This document shows, piece by piece, positions 36,241 through 49,156 of a DNA stretch of 64,000 nt (the stretch's first letter is position 1; every line of letters begins with the position of its first letter). The DNA is from Sarea resinae (Eukaryota). Location of the stretch: the NCBI GenBank assembly GCA_026026165.1, contig JAPEUD010000070.1, forward strand, positions 1-64,000, in the 5' to 3' direction. Under the pieces are notes generated by a model. The model searched no databases. It was not told the origin of the DNA and worked only from the letters and a program-made list of their open reading frames with translations. The translations under genes were made by a program, and so were the position numbers.

Positions 36241-37775
36241 TCACCACATGATCTCATCCAGCACCTCGCCGATCGTGCCATATCGCAGATAAGTGTGTTT
36301 CCCGATTTCAAAATCTCGACGGCGGAGGGGTGGCAGGGTGGATGTCTGATGTTGTTGTTGTTGTGGTTGAAGTTGTAGTTGAGTTTCTGGTTGAAGTTTC
36401 GGGTGGAAGGGAGGTGATGAAGAGGGAGAAGAACAAGAGAGCGAGGACGAAGGCAAGCACGAAGAAGAGGATGTGGAAGAGGAGGTACTGCGTTCATAGA
36501 GCTCCAGCACGAACTCGGGACCGCGAGATATCGCGGATTTGCGAGCCCACCTCAGCCCCTCTTCATCCGATCCCTTTCCACCACTCTTCCTTCTCTTCTT
36601 CCCTTCCCCATCCTCCTCGTCCTCCCTCTCACACTTCTGCGTCACAGCACCGCCACCACAAGCCCCACTCTCCCAAGCCAGACTAACCAGATCCTCCAGA
36701 AACCAAAGCAAGCGTCTAAGATCCGGCAGATTACACCCACAGCGCACGCCGAGACGGCCCAGCCACGCCATCTTCTGCGCGCGCAGCTCGCGCCAATGCC
36801 GCATCTGCTCGACGAGGGAGAAGTGCGCGTAGAAGAGGTAGTTGAACTGCCAGAGGGCGTAGACGGCGGCGTGGAAGCGGCGCGCGTGCGACGGGTGGTT
36901 GGCCGTGAGCCGCAGCCCGCGCGTGAAGCCGTGCGCGGCTGTCCACGCCGCGAAGAGCGTCCGCAGGCGCAGGATCGTCGTCTCGCGCGCCAGCACCGTC
37001 GAGATCCCCGAGGGTGTGAGGTGGTGTAGTGATTTCAGTGGGTGGGATGATAGCGTTGATAGTGCGTGCGTGAGCAGTGCGGCCGGCTTCAGGGGCAGGT
37101 TCTTCGTGAGGATGTGCATGGTTGTTGGTCGGTGCAGTTTCAGGAGCGTGTGCAGGTGCGGTTTGTGCGTGACGGCGAGGTGGAGCAGGGTCGCGTAGTC
37201 GATTGCTGCCGGGAGGTTGGGGAGCGTTTGCTGGTGGGCATGGGGATGGTGATGGCTGGACTGGTGGGGAAAGCTGGTCGTTCGGTGGTAGGGATGGGGC
37301 CGGTCGGGTTTGGAGGATACGGTGTGGTGCGGTCTAATGGTCAGGGAAGAGTTGGTCCTCTGTGGGGCATGATGGCGTTGCGGGGATGGCTTCTTCTGGA
37401 TGGCGTAGGGGAGCGGCCGGATTGGATGCTGGTTCCGCGGCAGGGAGAAGTTGGTGTAGACGGCTGGAGCGGGCAGCTTGGGAGGAGAGAGAACTTTTGA
37501 TGATTGTGGGGCGGCCACCGAGAAGAAATCTGAGGTTATCGTTATGGCTCCCGTCGTATACCCTGTTGGAGAGATGACATGCTTCCCGTTTGGGACATCT
37601 TGGATCTGCTTTGCTGCCAATGGCGTCCGTGCGGTTGAGAGGCCCTTGGGACATGGCTCTGTAGCCTGTCGTAAGCAGATGAGTCTAGAATCTCCGATGA
37701 CTGATCCTTACTAGCATAATCAACGTTCAGCCAGTCTGTAGGGAGCTGATTGAGCGTAATCTCTACAAGAGTCAT
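36241..37775 (-). CDS. Hypothetical protein (low-complexity N-half; helical domain with RRFHAAVYALW, F-box-associated-like)
   Basis: 459-codon open frame with a GC3-rich core. 5' end uncertain: ATG 37775 joins in frame only via a 32-nt intron 37530-37561. Confidence 0.6.
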
Positions 37776-38920
37776 GACGACAGCACAACTTTGTTGTTAT
37801 CGGTTCAGTATGATGAGAAAATGCATTGATTCGTGAGATACAGATGAAAGGAAAGGGCCGCGATCAGAGGAGGCCCCTCGGGATATAAGAATCAAACACA
37901 TCGCCAACATGATCAAAGACCCAAAGGAAAGGCCTCAAGCACCTTCCCCATCCATCGCAACGCAGAAGCACAGAAGAAAGTAGAAGCGAACGTCATAGCT
38001 TCCGAGTGGAAGGAGTTGACGCAACAGAAGGAATTGACGCAACAAAAGGGTGCACACGCACGCACACACATGGAAGCAAGCAATCAACGGCAGATTGGCA
38101 GGCTCGATTCCTGGACTCAAAGCATCGAGACATGGAACAACACGGCTATCAAGGAGCAACAAGACGCGTCTTTTGTCATTGGCACTCCTTTGTGACACAC
38201 CTAAGGAAGGGAAGCTCAGATCCGGCTCGTCCGCAGAAAGACGATCTTCCAGGATGGGCCATTGGAATGTAGGCTAAGAAGAATCCGAAAGCTTCCATTC
38301 GGACTCTAAATGCCAGGGATCAGCGCAGTTCATCCTTTGTGACACCCACACGCCCTGGAATGCTGGGGTTTGCGACACCAGTGGAGGAGTCACGCTATTC
38401 GCAAGTAAGCAGGTCTGTCTGTCTGGTGGTATTTGTGACAGAAGGACGATGCTCGTCGTAACTGCTAGAGCGTAGAGAGCTCAACACCGTAAGTCTCAGA
38501 CATGATCGTGCGTCTGGGATCTGACAGGGCTGACAGGTGTCAAAAGGGATGAGGACTGAGCGTGGAGAATTGGCGAAGAAGCTCAGCTGTAACAAAAGGA
38601 TTTCATAGGACGATCAATTGTTGACCGGTGATTCTACCAGACCACCTGTCGCATCCTCTAATATTGACATGTTCACCGCAATTCCTCTTAGATCTTGTAT
38701 GCCACTCGTTAGTCTTGACGTTTTGATGTTCTGATGGAGGAGGTGAAGTAAGGAGTCAGTGTATCCAGACCTAGGCATCATGAGTGCTGACTCAGCGGAT
38801 CAGACAAGATCGATCAGATAAGAGATAAACATTTCGACTTTGCGAATTATTTCTCCCAAGTGCACTCAGACCGCAAAGTGCAAACATCCACATCTTCACT
38901 TTCCACACATCTCCAACACC

Positions 38921-40516
38921 ATGGCCACCACCGAAACCGCCATGGCTGCTCCAGAAGCGGCCGGGCAAGGCCAACCGCCAAATACTTCTCAAGTGCGTGT
39001 CCAGCTCACTACTCGTGACGCAGACATTGCTCTTCCGCAGGAGACGGGTCCCATCCTCGTCTCCACCGGTACGCCGAATACCACTGCGCGTTCTTTAAGC
39101 TTGTCCAAACAATACTGACTATGTCTACTAGGCCTCCGTCGATACGCCCTCTCGACGCTCGTGAACACTCTCCTAGAATCTCCCAAACCAGTCCCCTTCG
39201 AGTTCCTCATCAATGGCTCCTTTCTCCGCACCTCGATCGACGAATACCTGACCGCGAACGGCATCTCGTCGGAGACAACGCTCACAGTAGAATACGTGCG
39301 CGCATTGATCCCACCGCTCTACCTCGCCTCCTTCGAGCACGACGACTGGGTCTCCTCGATCGATGTGCTTTCCCGCTCTTCCCCAGCTGCCGCATGGCAT
39401 CCCTCCCACTCCATATCGGCCGGCCAAGAGCGCATCCTCTCAGGGAGCTACGACGGCCTCCTGCGCATCTGGAACATGTCGTCGCAGACACTGGCAACCT
39501 CACCCTCAGCACAAGAGGGAGGCCACACGGCGCCCATCAAGGCAGCCAAGTTCCTCTCGCCCACGACACTCGTCTCCTCGGGCCTAGACCGCACGGTACG
39601 GCTCTGGAAATACGCCGAGTCGACCGACTCTCTCTCCGCCACCATCACGCCCACGCTCGAACTTTACGGCCACACCGCGAGCGTCGACTCCCTAGCCGTG
39701 CACGACCCCTCGCACCGCATCCTCTCCGCCTCAGCAGACCACACGCTCGCGCTCTGGTCGACGTCGAAATCGTCCGGGCCCGAAGCCCCGGAAACCCTCC
39801 TCCCATCGACGACCTCCTCGAGCGCCAAACGCCGCAAGCTGCACCCGGCGACCTCGACCGCCAAGCGCGGCGCCCTCTCGACCCTAAAATCCCACACCGC
39901 GCCCGTCACGCGCGCCCTCTTCCACCCGCACAACCCGACCACGGCCGCCTACTCCGTGTCGCTAGACCACACGCTGCAGACCTGGGACCTCAGCACCTCG
40001 ACGTCCATCTCAAGCCGCACGACCGCGCACGCCCTGCTCTCCCTGACCGCGCTGCCGGCGCTGCACCTGGTCGCCGCCGGCTCCGCGGCCCGGCACGTCG
40101 TGCTGATCGACCCGCGCGCGTCCGCGACCTCGATCGCCGCCCTGACGCTCCGCGGCCACGCCAACGCCGTCGTCGACCTCGCCCCGGACCCGGCCAGCGA
40201 GTTCGGCCTCGTGAGCGCCAGCCACGACGGCACCTGTCGCGTCTGGGACGTCCGCAGTACGCGCGCCGACACCGGCAGCGGCTCCGGCCCCACCCCCGCC
40301 ACCGTCGGCGAGAGCGTCTACGTCATCAGCCGCGAGAGTCGGCGCGGCAAGGAGGCCAAGAAGGTCGTGGGCGGCGAGGGCGTCAAGGTCTTCGGCGTCT
40401 GCTGGGATCGAGAGGTCGGCATCGTCAGCGCCGGCGAGGATAGGAGGGTGCAGATCAATTCGGGGAAAAGTGTCGTTGGTGGTGGTGGTAGTGGCGGGGA
40501 AAGCGAGAAACGATGA
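38921..40516 (+). CDS. YTM1: Ribosome biogenesis WD40 protein Ytm1/WDR12
   Basis: NLE/UBL domain (LRRYALSTLVN, PFEFLINGSFLRTS, EYVRA), HDDWVSSID, SGSYDG, SASHDGTCRVWD; intron 39069-39131. Confidence 0.95.
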
Positions 40517-40669
40517 TAAGGGGGGTGGATAGACAGGGGAAAAAAGGGGGTTCGGAGACGGGGAATGGGATAGATAGTGGGTTGGGCTTCTTGCGTGTTT
40601 TATGTTACCCATACTATATTTTTCCGGCACGGGAATCGGATCGAGTTGAAAGCAGTAGGACAATAGATC

Positions 40670-40670
40670 G

Positions 40671-40715
<45 letters not shown>
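40670..40715. repeat. (CAT)n microsatellite
   Basis: About 14 perfect units between convergent genes. Confidence 0.95.
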
Positions 40716-40964
40716 ACAGCAATGACGAGCAACAAGATAACAAGAATTCAACCGAATCCCATCCTCTGATATCCTGTCTCAAACCAAATCGAATCGAATC
40801 GAATCACTATCCTAACCAGAGCAGGCCCAATGATATTCCGCCCTCTTCGTATCGTACAGCAAATACCCCCTCCTCCACCCCCCTGTCTACCCTTTGCCCC
40901 CTCGCACTCTAGGGAGGCCTCCATAAATCGCCCTCGCTCCTGAGTCAAGACCCCGCAGGCGACC

Positions 40965-43903
40965 CTACTCATCGACATCGACATCGATATCCATCTCGTC
41001 GGCATCGGCGTCCCCATCTCCATCAGCTTCACCGTCACCATCGCCGTCACCATCCGCATCGCCACCCTCGCCATGATCAACCGTCTCATCCTCATCAACG
41101 TCAGCGCCCTCGTCCAACTCGGTCTCGTCGTCCTCGTACCCGTCCGCTTCACCGAGGAGCTCGCGATCGAGCTCGTCGAGCTCGTGGTCGTTCGCGACGC
41201 CGTCGTTCTCGTTCTCGATCTCGTTCTCGTTTTCATTTTCATTCTCGATCTCGTCCTCGGCCTCGGCGGCGGCGGAAGCAGGCTCGGCCTCTAGCTCGAC
41301 CTCCATGTCGTTATCGAGCCCAGGCTCCGGCTCCGGCTCCGGATCGGCATCGACGTCGGCTTCAGGCTCGACGTCCGCCTCTGCGTCAGCATCAGCTCCA
41401 GCTTTGGCTTTGCGCTTGGCGGCGGCGGCACTGGCGCGCGTGCCGGGAGAGGCACGATGACGACCCGCTTTCTTCTTCTTTGATTTCGAGCCCGAAGATG
41501 ACTTCGTGCTCTTTCTGCTCTTCTTCTCAGCACGCTCCCCGCCAGCGGCGGGAGAAGGAGCGGGCAGATCGTCCTTTTCCGGCTCCGTATGTCTGTGTTT
41601 CCGCTTCAGACTAGGTGGAATCTCCTCGGCCTCGTCCCCAGGACGTAACCCTGCATCCCATCGTTGGAGCCTCCTCCCCGAGCGTCTAACAGCAGACGAG
41701 TATGCGGCAACTTCCTCGCCGAAATCGTCCTCTTCGCCGGGAGTGCGCAAGAGGCCGATGAAGTGGCCATGCGGGGCGTCCTCATCGCTGTCCATGTCAT
41801 CACCGAGGGTTTCGCAGCGCAGCCAGGCGCGGAAGATCGAGCCTTCCTCGAGGCGGTCCTTGCGTTTGGTCTTGTAGACGTCGCGGAGTCTGCGATCGAG
41901 GATATAGTCGACTCTCGCACGGCGGTGGCTCTCGACGGCAAGTTGATGGGCGGTGAGCGGGCGTGGACGACGGGCACTGCCCGAACCGCCGCCACCGCCG
42001 TCGTTGGGGTGCAAGATCGGGTGATTGCCATGGCCCGGGGGTGCTGGAGAAATTTCCGACATGTGTTCGCCTTTGGTCTTGAAAATGATGCGCTGAGGAC
42101 CGCCAGAGGACCTATCTCGTGTATTGCGGGTACGGCTGGAGCGCGAGGGACCACTTGGAGTTGAATCTTCGTTGAGGAGTGTGTTGATGCGCATGCCGGG
42201 GCCCGAGGGACGGGAGTCGAAGGTTGTGTGCAGATGAGTAGGAGGGGAGGCAGAGCGGGTGCGATCTGTGTCGGAGTGGTAGGTGTCGAAATTTGAGTAC
42301 TTAGCTGGCCCGCGATGTCGAGTGGAGGAGCGTAGGGAGCCTGAAAGAAGGGTTAACAGAATTCTGGCGCAATAAGAAAGCAAAACTTTGCTGCTTGCGT
42401 GATTAGGGTAACGGGATCCTGGCACTTACCACTTGGGAAAGGAGAGAGAGTATCGCGACTTGGACTTCCAGCACCATCGTCTGATGGTGCCATAGATGCC
42501 ATTCCTGGACACATATGCAATTAGCAAGGGTCACTTTGTTCGAACGATAGGCTAGTTGAGCTATTCTCGTCATGCCCGTGTGACAAGCAGCTGCCATGAC
42601 TTGCCTTTCTTTCCACGTTTGGGAGCCGGAGCGGTTGCGGCATTGTCGCTCTCGATTATCCCTATGCGATGTCAGCAACCGTCGCAATGCGATCCATCCG
42701 TTCAAACGCACGCTTTCTCTCAGCCATTTTTGCCTCTCCATACGCAAGCTCCTCATCTGTATCCACATTTTCCAGATTCGCCTGTTCCTCGGTCAAATGT
42801 TCAAAAGGCGGGACTTTTATTGGCATCCCACCCGCCCCTTCTCCTGCTACGCCACTTCCAAAAGGGTTACTTTCTGCTGCATCCTTCGTAAAGTCGCTCT
42901 CCAAATACCACCACATCAACCATAGAAATGCTTTCGCTCGACTTCTGCTGCTCAGTGTACTGCGCATGACGAGATCGTAAAAGTCTCGCGGCGGAAAGAA
43001 ATGAAGTTCGGATATTTTTGGAGCGTATTGGGATAAAATGAAGATTAGATTGACGGGATTGGTGCGTGGTACCGAATGTGACTTGAGTTTGTCGATAGTG
43101 CTGGGCTCATCGTTGTCCTCGGAAGCCCCTTTGAGAATCGATTTGAGACGCGGAGCGTCTTGCAGCTGCTTGTACGCAGTTGGGTCTTGGTGTGCTTGTA
43201 GAGATGGAATTGAGTGATAGGTCCGGAGTTGTGCGCGCATTTCAGGGAAGACTGCCACCAGGAATTAGCATCGTCGCTCAAGCTTCAGCACCAACTAGTC
43301 AGAGAGCTCCTTACAATTCAGTGTTGTATTCATGCGTCCCACGTTGACCAATAGACACACCATAGCCATGTTTACTGCGGCCGCTCTGTCGCTCAGTAGC
43401 TTGTCCTTGAGGATCCTGCTCGTCTTGCTGCTTTGCGCCATGGCATCGATGTAGATGTCCGCGAACGTGTGACGGGTCGAGGAATCCTTGACGTTGGTGA
43501 AGACGGCGGTGCGATCTTCGAAGACAGCGCGTAGAAAGTCATATTGTATATCTTTCCGCCAAAGTGGGATGCCGTCCTCCTTCTTTAGATGGCGAATCTT
43601 GTTTCCCGAATAGACGGATCCCACCTGAGCGGATCTTCGACTGCTTCCAGGTCCATTCTGAGACTGCGATGGTGCTCTCGAAGCCGAACGCTTGGATTCA
43701 TGGGGAGCGATCTCCTCTTCTTCGGTGGCATCCTTGTTCCCGTCGTCGCCAGGTGTTGGTGAAGGCCTTGTGGGTGTCTGCATCTCGTCGACTGCGCGTG
43801 AAGATCTGGACACCCTGCCGCCTGACGAAGCATGTTTTCTCTTGCTTTTCGTGTCGGGCTCATCCACGCGTGTCGGCGACATCGTCTCATTGCCCTCGTC
43901 CAT
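40965..43903 (-). CDS. IES1: INO80 complex subunit Ies1, 5 exons
   Basis: KIRHLKKEDGIPLWRKDIQYDFL, CLLVNVGRMNTTLN|FFPEMRAQLRTYHSIPSLQ, KQLQDAPRLKSILKG, RAKAFLWLMWWYLE, ENVDTDEE; long acidic tail. Confidence 0.9.
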
Positions 43904-45143
43904 CACGGCTCGAGTCTCAGCGACAGACGTTCACCCAGGAATCAGTATGGACGTAACGATGTTCAACGTTGGTCGATGTCGAGTATTCGAAAAGGCGAGG
44001 TGGTACGACGTGTCTGGTATGAAGCTGCAAAGTCGTAGGAGTGAGAACTGAGGATATCTCTGGCACCTCAGACTATCATATTCATTGCGGCTTATGATGT
44101 GAAGATGAAGGAGAAGACTGCCTACTCTACGATGTACTCCGTAAGGTGAGGGATGAGGTATGATTGCACGCATTGAGTTATTGACAGGGTTCACCATCAG
44201 CTCCCGGACTGCTGCGTACAGCGTAGATCTACTTCCGAAATCGTATCTCGTGCTAGCGACCGAGGACCTTCTTCTATTGAAACCATTCATCGCTTTTTTC
44301 TCATTCTTTTCGTTTTGCTACTGGAACCTCCCTCAACCTTCATCCTCGAGAGCGAATGCCATGAGCTCCAATGGGCTCCAACGGGCTTGTCGTAAATCTC
44401 GGCGGTGAAATCATGATCCGTTCGCAACTTTGGCGCCAGCAGCCTGGGAGCGGAGCTCTTCATAATGATCGATTGCATTCTTTGCTTCCACCGAGCTTTC
44501 GTGCAATCGAGAGGAAAACTACGGACATACTGTATCATCGCAAGCGAGTCCTTCCAACGCGTCTCTCCTGCCTCCATGAGCGTATTGGCAGTTCCCAGAC
44601 TTTTCCGTCTTTGCTTGCAAGAGAAAGCATATCGTGTGTTTGAGGCGGCCATCCTTCCCTTGCGGAGCTGGTGGGCGGTCAGCCATAGTTTAGCGGTACA
44701 TTCTTACCTCCGGTAGATGCTGGCAGAATTCCAAACTCTCTTCCTCTTCTACGGTGTCAAAATCAAATTGTGTGATGGGTCGAGGGGGTGTGCCGATCCT
44801 GGCAATGCGCATACGGCTAGATGTAGGGGCTCGTCAGGGAGAGGCCAATGACAGGTAACCGACAGATCTCGATAGAGAGCTGATGGATACACCAGGCTTG
44901 AACCAAATGTGAGATTGAAGGTATTTCTGCTTGTTGTACAGTATAGTATAGATGGGCCGAGGCCATAGCCAAGGAGAAAAGGACACGGATCGTTGCCGCC
45001 CCACGCTTCAAATCAAACGCCGCTAGCCCATCGAGCTGATGCCAGATGCCAGATTCCAGATGGAGAATGCTTTGTTGGACATCCCAAGATACATTTCTCG
45101 AAGCCATTGTCCATGTACGAAGTGACCAAAAGCCGAATCCGGA

Positions 45144-45722
45144 TCATTTGGGCCACTTTTTCCACCCACGGCCATGTCCACGCTACCAAGATGTTAGCTT
45201 CAGATTCTCAGTAGCACAGGTTCAAGATTTCCTTACTTCTTTCCAGGTTTGAATCAATTGAGGCATCTCCAGCATAGCTTGTCTGCGCTTCTCCAACCTC
45301 GACTTGAGGGATCTTTCCCATTTCTTTCCCTTCACCCGTTGGCCGACCCCAGTCCCCTTGACCCTCAAGCCGTTCTCCTCCCTCTTCCTTAGTCGCTCTT
45401 CGGTGCCCTTTACGGTGAAAGGTAAAAGGCTCTCGACACCGTGCTGTTGAGCAAGCTTCACCATCTCAGCTTGCCGTCGGAGAGAAAAGGCGGGATCGTG
45501 CCATTTGCCGGTGATCGGATGTTTGTGTGATTGAAAAGGATTTTGACCTTCTACAATGTCCGGGGGTGTAGCTCCAGCAGGAGGGACGGACGAGGATGCA
45601 GTGGAGGCGGCATTAGGGAGTCTGTCGGTGGACTGAAGCACGGCCGGAGGATATCGGGTAAAAAAACGCAACAGCCGTGGGGGAAGCGACTGTGCCAGCT
45701 TCAAATGCTGCTGGCTTGCCAT
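45144..45722 (-). CDS. MRPL25: Mitochondrial large-subunit ribosomal protein mL59
   Basis: LPPRLLRFFTRYPP, NPF..HPITGKWHDP..SLRRQA, VKGKKWER; intron 45183-45236, last exon RGHGRGWKKWPK. Confidence 0.92.
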
Positions 45723-45978
45723 TGTCGAAGGCCGGTGATGGATGTCGTGAGTTTGTCGCAGAACGGATTTTCGCAAATCGTGAGTGATCAGTGATGCATA
45801 CGCTGTAGATGAGGCAAGTATTATCGGCACCAAAGGCCACCAACTGTGCTTAGTCAGCTGCCCTACGTCTTCGGATTGAATCTGGACCTCAACTACACCC
45901 TGCCTAGTATTAATTGATATCACATCTCGAACTATAAAGCTTCAGCATACTGTGAAAGACACTTGGGTCTTCTCCAAT

Positions 45979-48551
45979 ATGAACGGCGACACTGCCCCCC
46001 CTCCGCCACCAGCACCTGAGCCATTAGAGAGACCACCGACTCCTCCGCCGCCGCCTCCAGATGCATCAGTGCTCCCACCACCCCCATCAGATCTCCCACC
46101 GCCTCCTCCACCCTCTTCTGAAGACCTACCCCCAGCTCCTCCTGAACCACCAAAGAAGAAAGCTGGATGGGGTGCTTCGCGAGTAAAAGCGCCTCTCAGT
46201 ATTGAAGAGATCTTGAAGAAAAAGAAAGAAGCAGATCAAGCTGCAGCTAAGGTAAGCCTTTGCCTCCGGATCTGCTTTTTGGAAGGCCTTGTGTTCACGA
46301 TCTTCTGGCTTGGTAGTACACGCTCGAGTTTGACTGACTTCAGATCCTCTTGATGTAGCCAAAATTCTTGTCTAAAGCCCAGAGAGAGAAGCTGGCCTTG
46401 GAGAAGAGAGCGAAGGAAGTGGAGGAGCAGAAATCGAAGTCAGAAGCCGAACGTAATGCGCGGATTTCGAATGGAATATCTTCCACATCCAACAGGCAGA
46501 ATGGGGCTTCTTCTTCTCGCGCGAACTATTCCAATGGAGACTCCAGATCGGCAATACCTACTGGTCCTCGAGCGCTCCGCAAAGGCGATATACCTACAGG
46601 ACCTTCCGCTATGCGATCCCAATCAGGGAAACACAACGAAGGGTATGATATGGCACCACCGCCACCACCAAAACAGATAGCCTTCGGTACCTCTACCCTC
46701 AAAGGGGAGAAGCGACCTCCCACGGAGGACGCGGAGACTCACCTCATCCGACAACGATACATGGGCGCCGATCAGAACACATCCACGTTCTCTGCAAAGA
46801 AAAAGCGAAGGCGGACTACCGAGAGAAAGTTCAATTTCGAATGGAATGCAGAAGAAGATACCAGCACAGATTACAATCCGCTATATCAAGCACGTGCCGA
46901 GGCGAATTTCTACGGTCGTGGACGTCTAGGTGGATTCTCGGATGACCTCGCCGAGGGTGGAGCCAAAAAGTATGCTAAAGCCCTTGAAGAGCGCGACCAC
47001 GATGCAGGCAGTGCCCGAGCAAAGGAGTTACTAGAAATGGAGCGGAGAAGGAAGGAAGAGGGTGGACGTCATGCGCTCGACAAGCACTGGAGCGAGAAGC
47101 GATTGGACCAAATGCGCGAACGAGACTGGCGAATCTTCAAGGAAGACTTCAACATCAGCACGAAAGGAGGAGCCATTCCAAACCCCATGCGGTCTTGGGA
47201 GGAGTCTGGATTGCCACAGCGACTCATGGATATTGTTGATCAAGTTGGGTATACGGAGCCGTCTGCAGTGCAAAGAGCAGCTATACCGATCGCTCTACAA
47301 TCTAGAGATCTTATCGGTGTCGCTGTGACTGGTTCCGGTAAAACGGCGGCCTTCTTACTTCCGTTGCTGGTCTACATATCGGAGCTCCCACCGCTCAATG
47401 AGATGACAAAGAACGATGGTCCCTACGCCATTATCCTTGCCCCGACTCGTGAGCTGGCACAGCAAATCGAAATTGAGGCAAAGAAATTTGCCACACCACT
47501 GGGATTTACTTGCGTCAGTCTTGTTGGTGGTCATTCTCTCGAGGAGCAAGCCTACAATCTTCGTGACGGAGCGGAAATTATCATCGCCACACCTGGCCGT
47601 CTGAACGACTGTATTGATCGGCGAGTCCTCATTCTCAATCAATGCTGCTACGTGATTATGGACGAAGCGGATCGCATGATTGATCTTGGGTTCGAAGATG
47701 ATGTCAACAAGATCCTCGATGCTCTACCAGTCGCCAATGAGAAACCGGATACAGAAGACGCGGAGAATGCAGCAGCTATGAGCCAACACCTTGGAGGGAA
47801 AGATCGATACCGGCAGACCATGATGTACACTGCGACTATGCCGCCAGCCATCGAACGAATAGCACGAAAATACCTGCGAAGGCCAGCTATTGTGACGATT
47901 GGTAATGTTGGCGAGGCTGTGGAGACAGTGGAGCAACGGGTCGAGTTCGTGGCTGGGGAAGATAAGCGGAAGAAGCGCTTGCAAGAGATTCTCTCCTCAC
48001 GGCAATTCCAGCCTCCGATCATTGTTTTCGTCAATATCAAACGGAATTGCGATGCGGTCGCCCGAGATGTCAAACACATGGGCTTTTCCTCGGTCACGCT
48101 ACACGGAGGCAAAAGTCAAGACCAGAGAGAAGCTGCCCTGGCTTCGGTGCGCTCTGGTCAAACCGATATCCTGGTTGCTACCGATCTTGCCGGCAGAGGT
48201 ATTGATGTGCCTGATGTCAGCTTGGTCGTGAATTTCAACATGGCTACCAATATTGAGAGCTATACGCATCGTATCGGTCGTACGGGTCGTGCCGGCAAGA
48301 GCGGTGTTGCCATCACCTTCCTCGGCAACGAGGATGTCGATGTCATGTATGTTTCCCCCTTTGTCCTCTTTAGCATATCGATACTTATTCTATCTCGCAG
48401 GTATGACCTGAAGCAAATGCTCATGAAGTCGGAGATCTCCCGCGTCCCCGAGGAACTACGGAAGCATGAAGCAGCGCAGCAGAAGACTCAGCGCGGGGGC
48501 CAGAAGAAGATTGAAGACAGTAAAGAGTTCGGGGGCAAGGGAGGCTGGTGA
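45979..48551 (+). CDS. PRP28: Pre-mRNA splicing DEAD-box helicase Prp28/DDX23
   Basis: KFNFEW, MRERDWRIFKEDF, AVTGSGKT, PTRELA, DEAD, YTAT, HRIGRTGRAG; introns 46252-46358 and 48347-48400. Confidence 0.96.
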
Positions 48552-49156
48552 AGGAAAGCATGGCTTGTTGGGCGCGAAGGAGGCGTTGTACGATGATCTT
48601 AGTGTAACTTGTTATCTAGTAATCACCTGTGACTCCATCACATCCACACTCTGTCGGACTCTGTTGGGTCTTACAATATCTACTGGCCCAGAGTGAAGAT
48701 GGACATACGAATTGCATATCACCAAACCTCACCAAAGCCTCCTCCGGAGTATCGTGATGGTAGAGTTCGAAGGTACTCGGTAGACGTACCGGATGCAGAG
48801 ATCGACTTGCGGGATATGATTGGATCGCTAATGGCGGCTAGGCTCCGTCGCTTTCGCATCGCGACAACGACCAGGAGAGAGGACAGCTCTACCTCCCTCT
48901 ACTGCCTACCTTAGCCTGTAGGCATGTACTGACCGTCCTACTCTGGAGTACCGTACTGCGTAGCCATCCATCATCATATCCATATCCATCTCTACCCTAG
49001 GTCTTGACGTGTCCGACATCAAGACTCTACCCACGCATACCATAGCAGGATCCCTCGGCTTGATTACCCTCGTTTTCAATCAAGCAACCATCTCTACTTC
49101 ACTCTATCGTTACATAGGGTCCATCATCTTTTTGGTCTCTCCGCACCATCTACAAC

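Noticed and set aside
39121..40443. 440 aa Arg/Pro-rich ORF overlapping YTM1
   Set aside because: Shadow frame caused by high GC3 in the real gene
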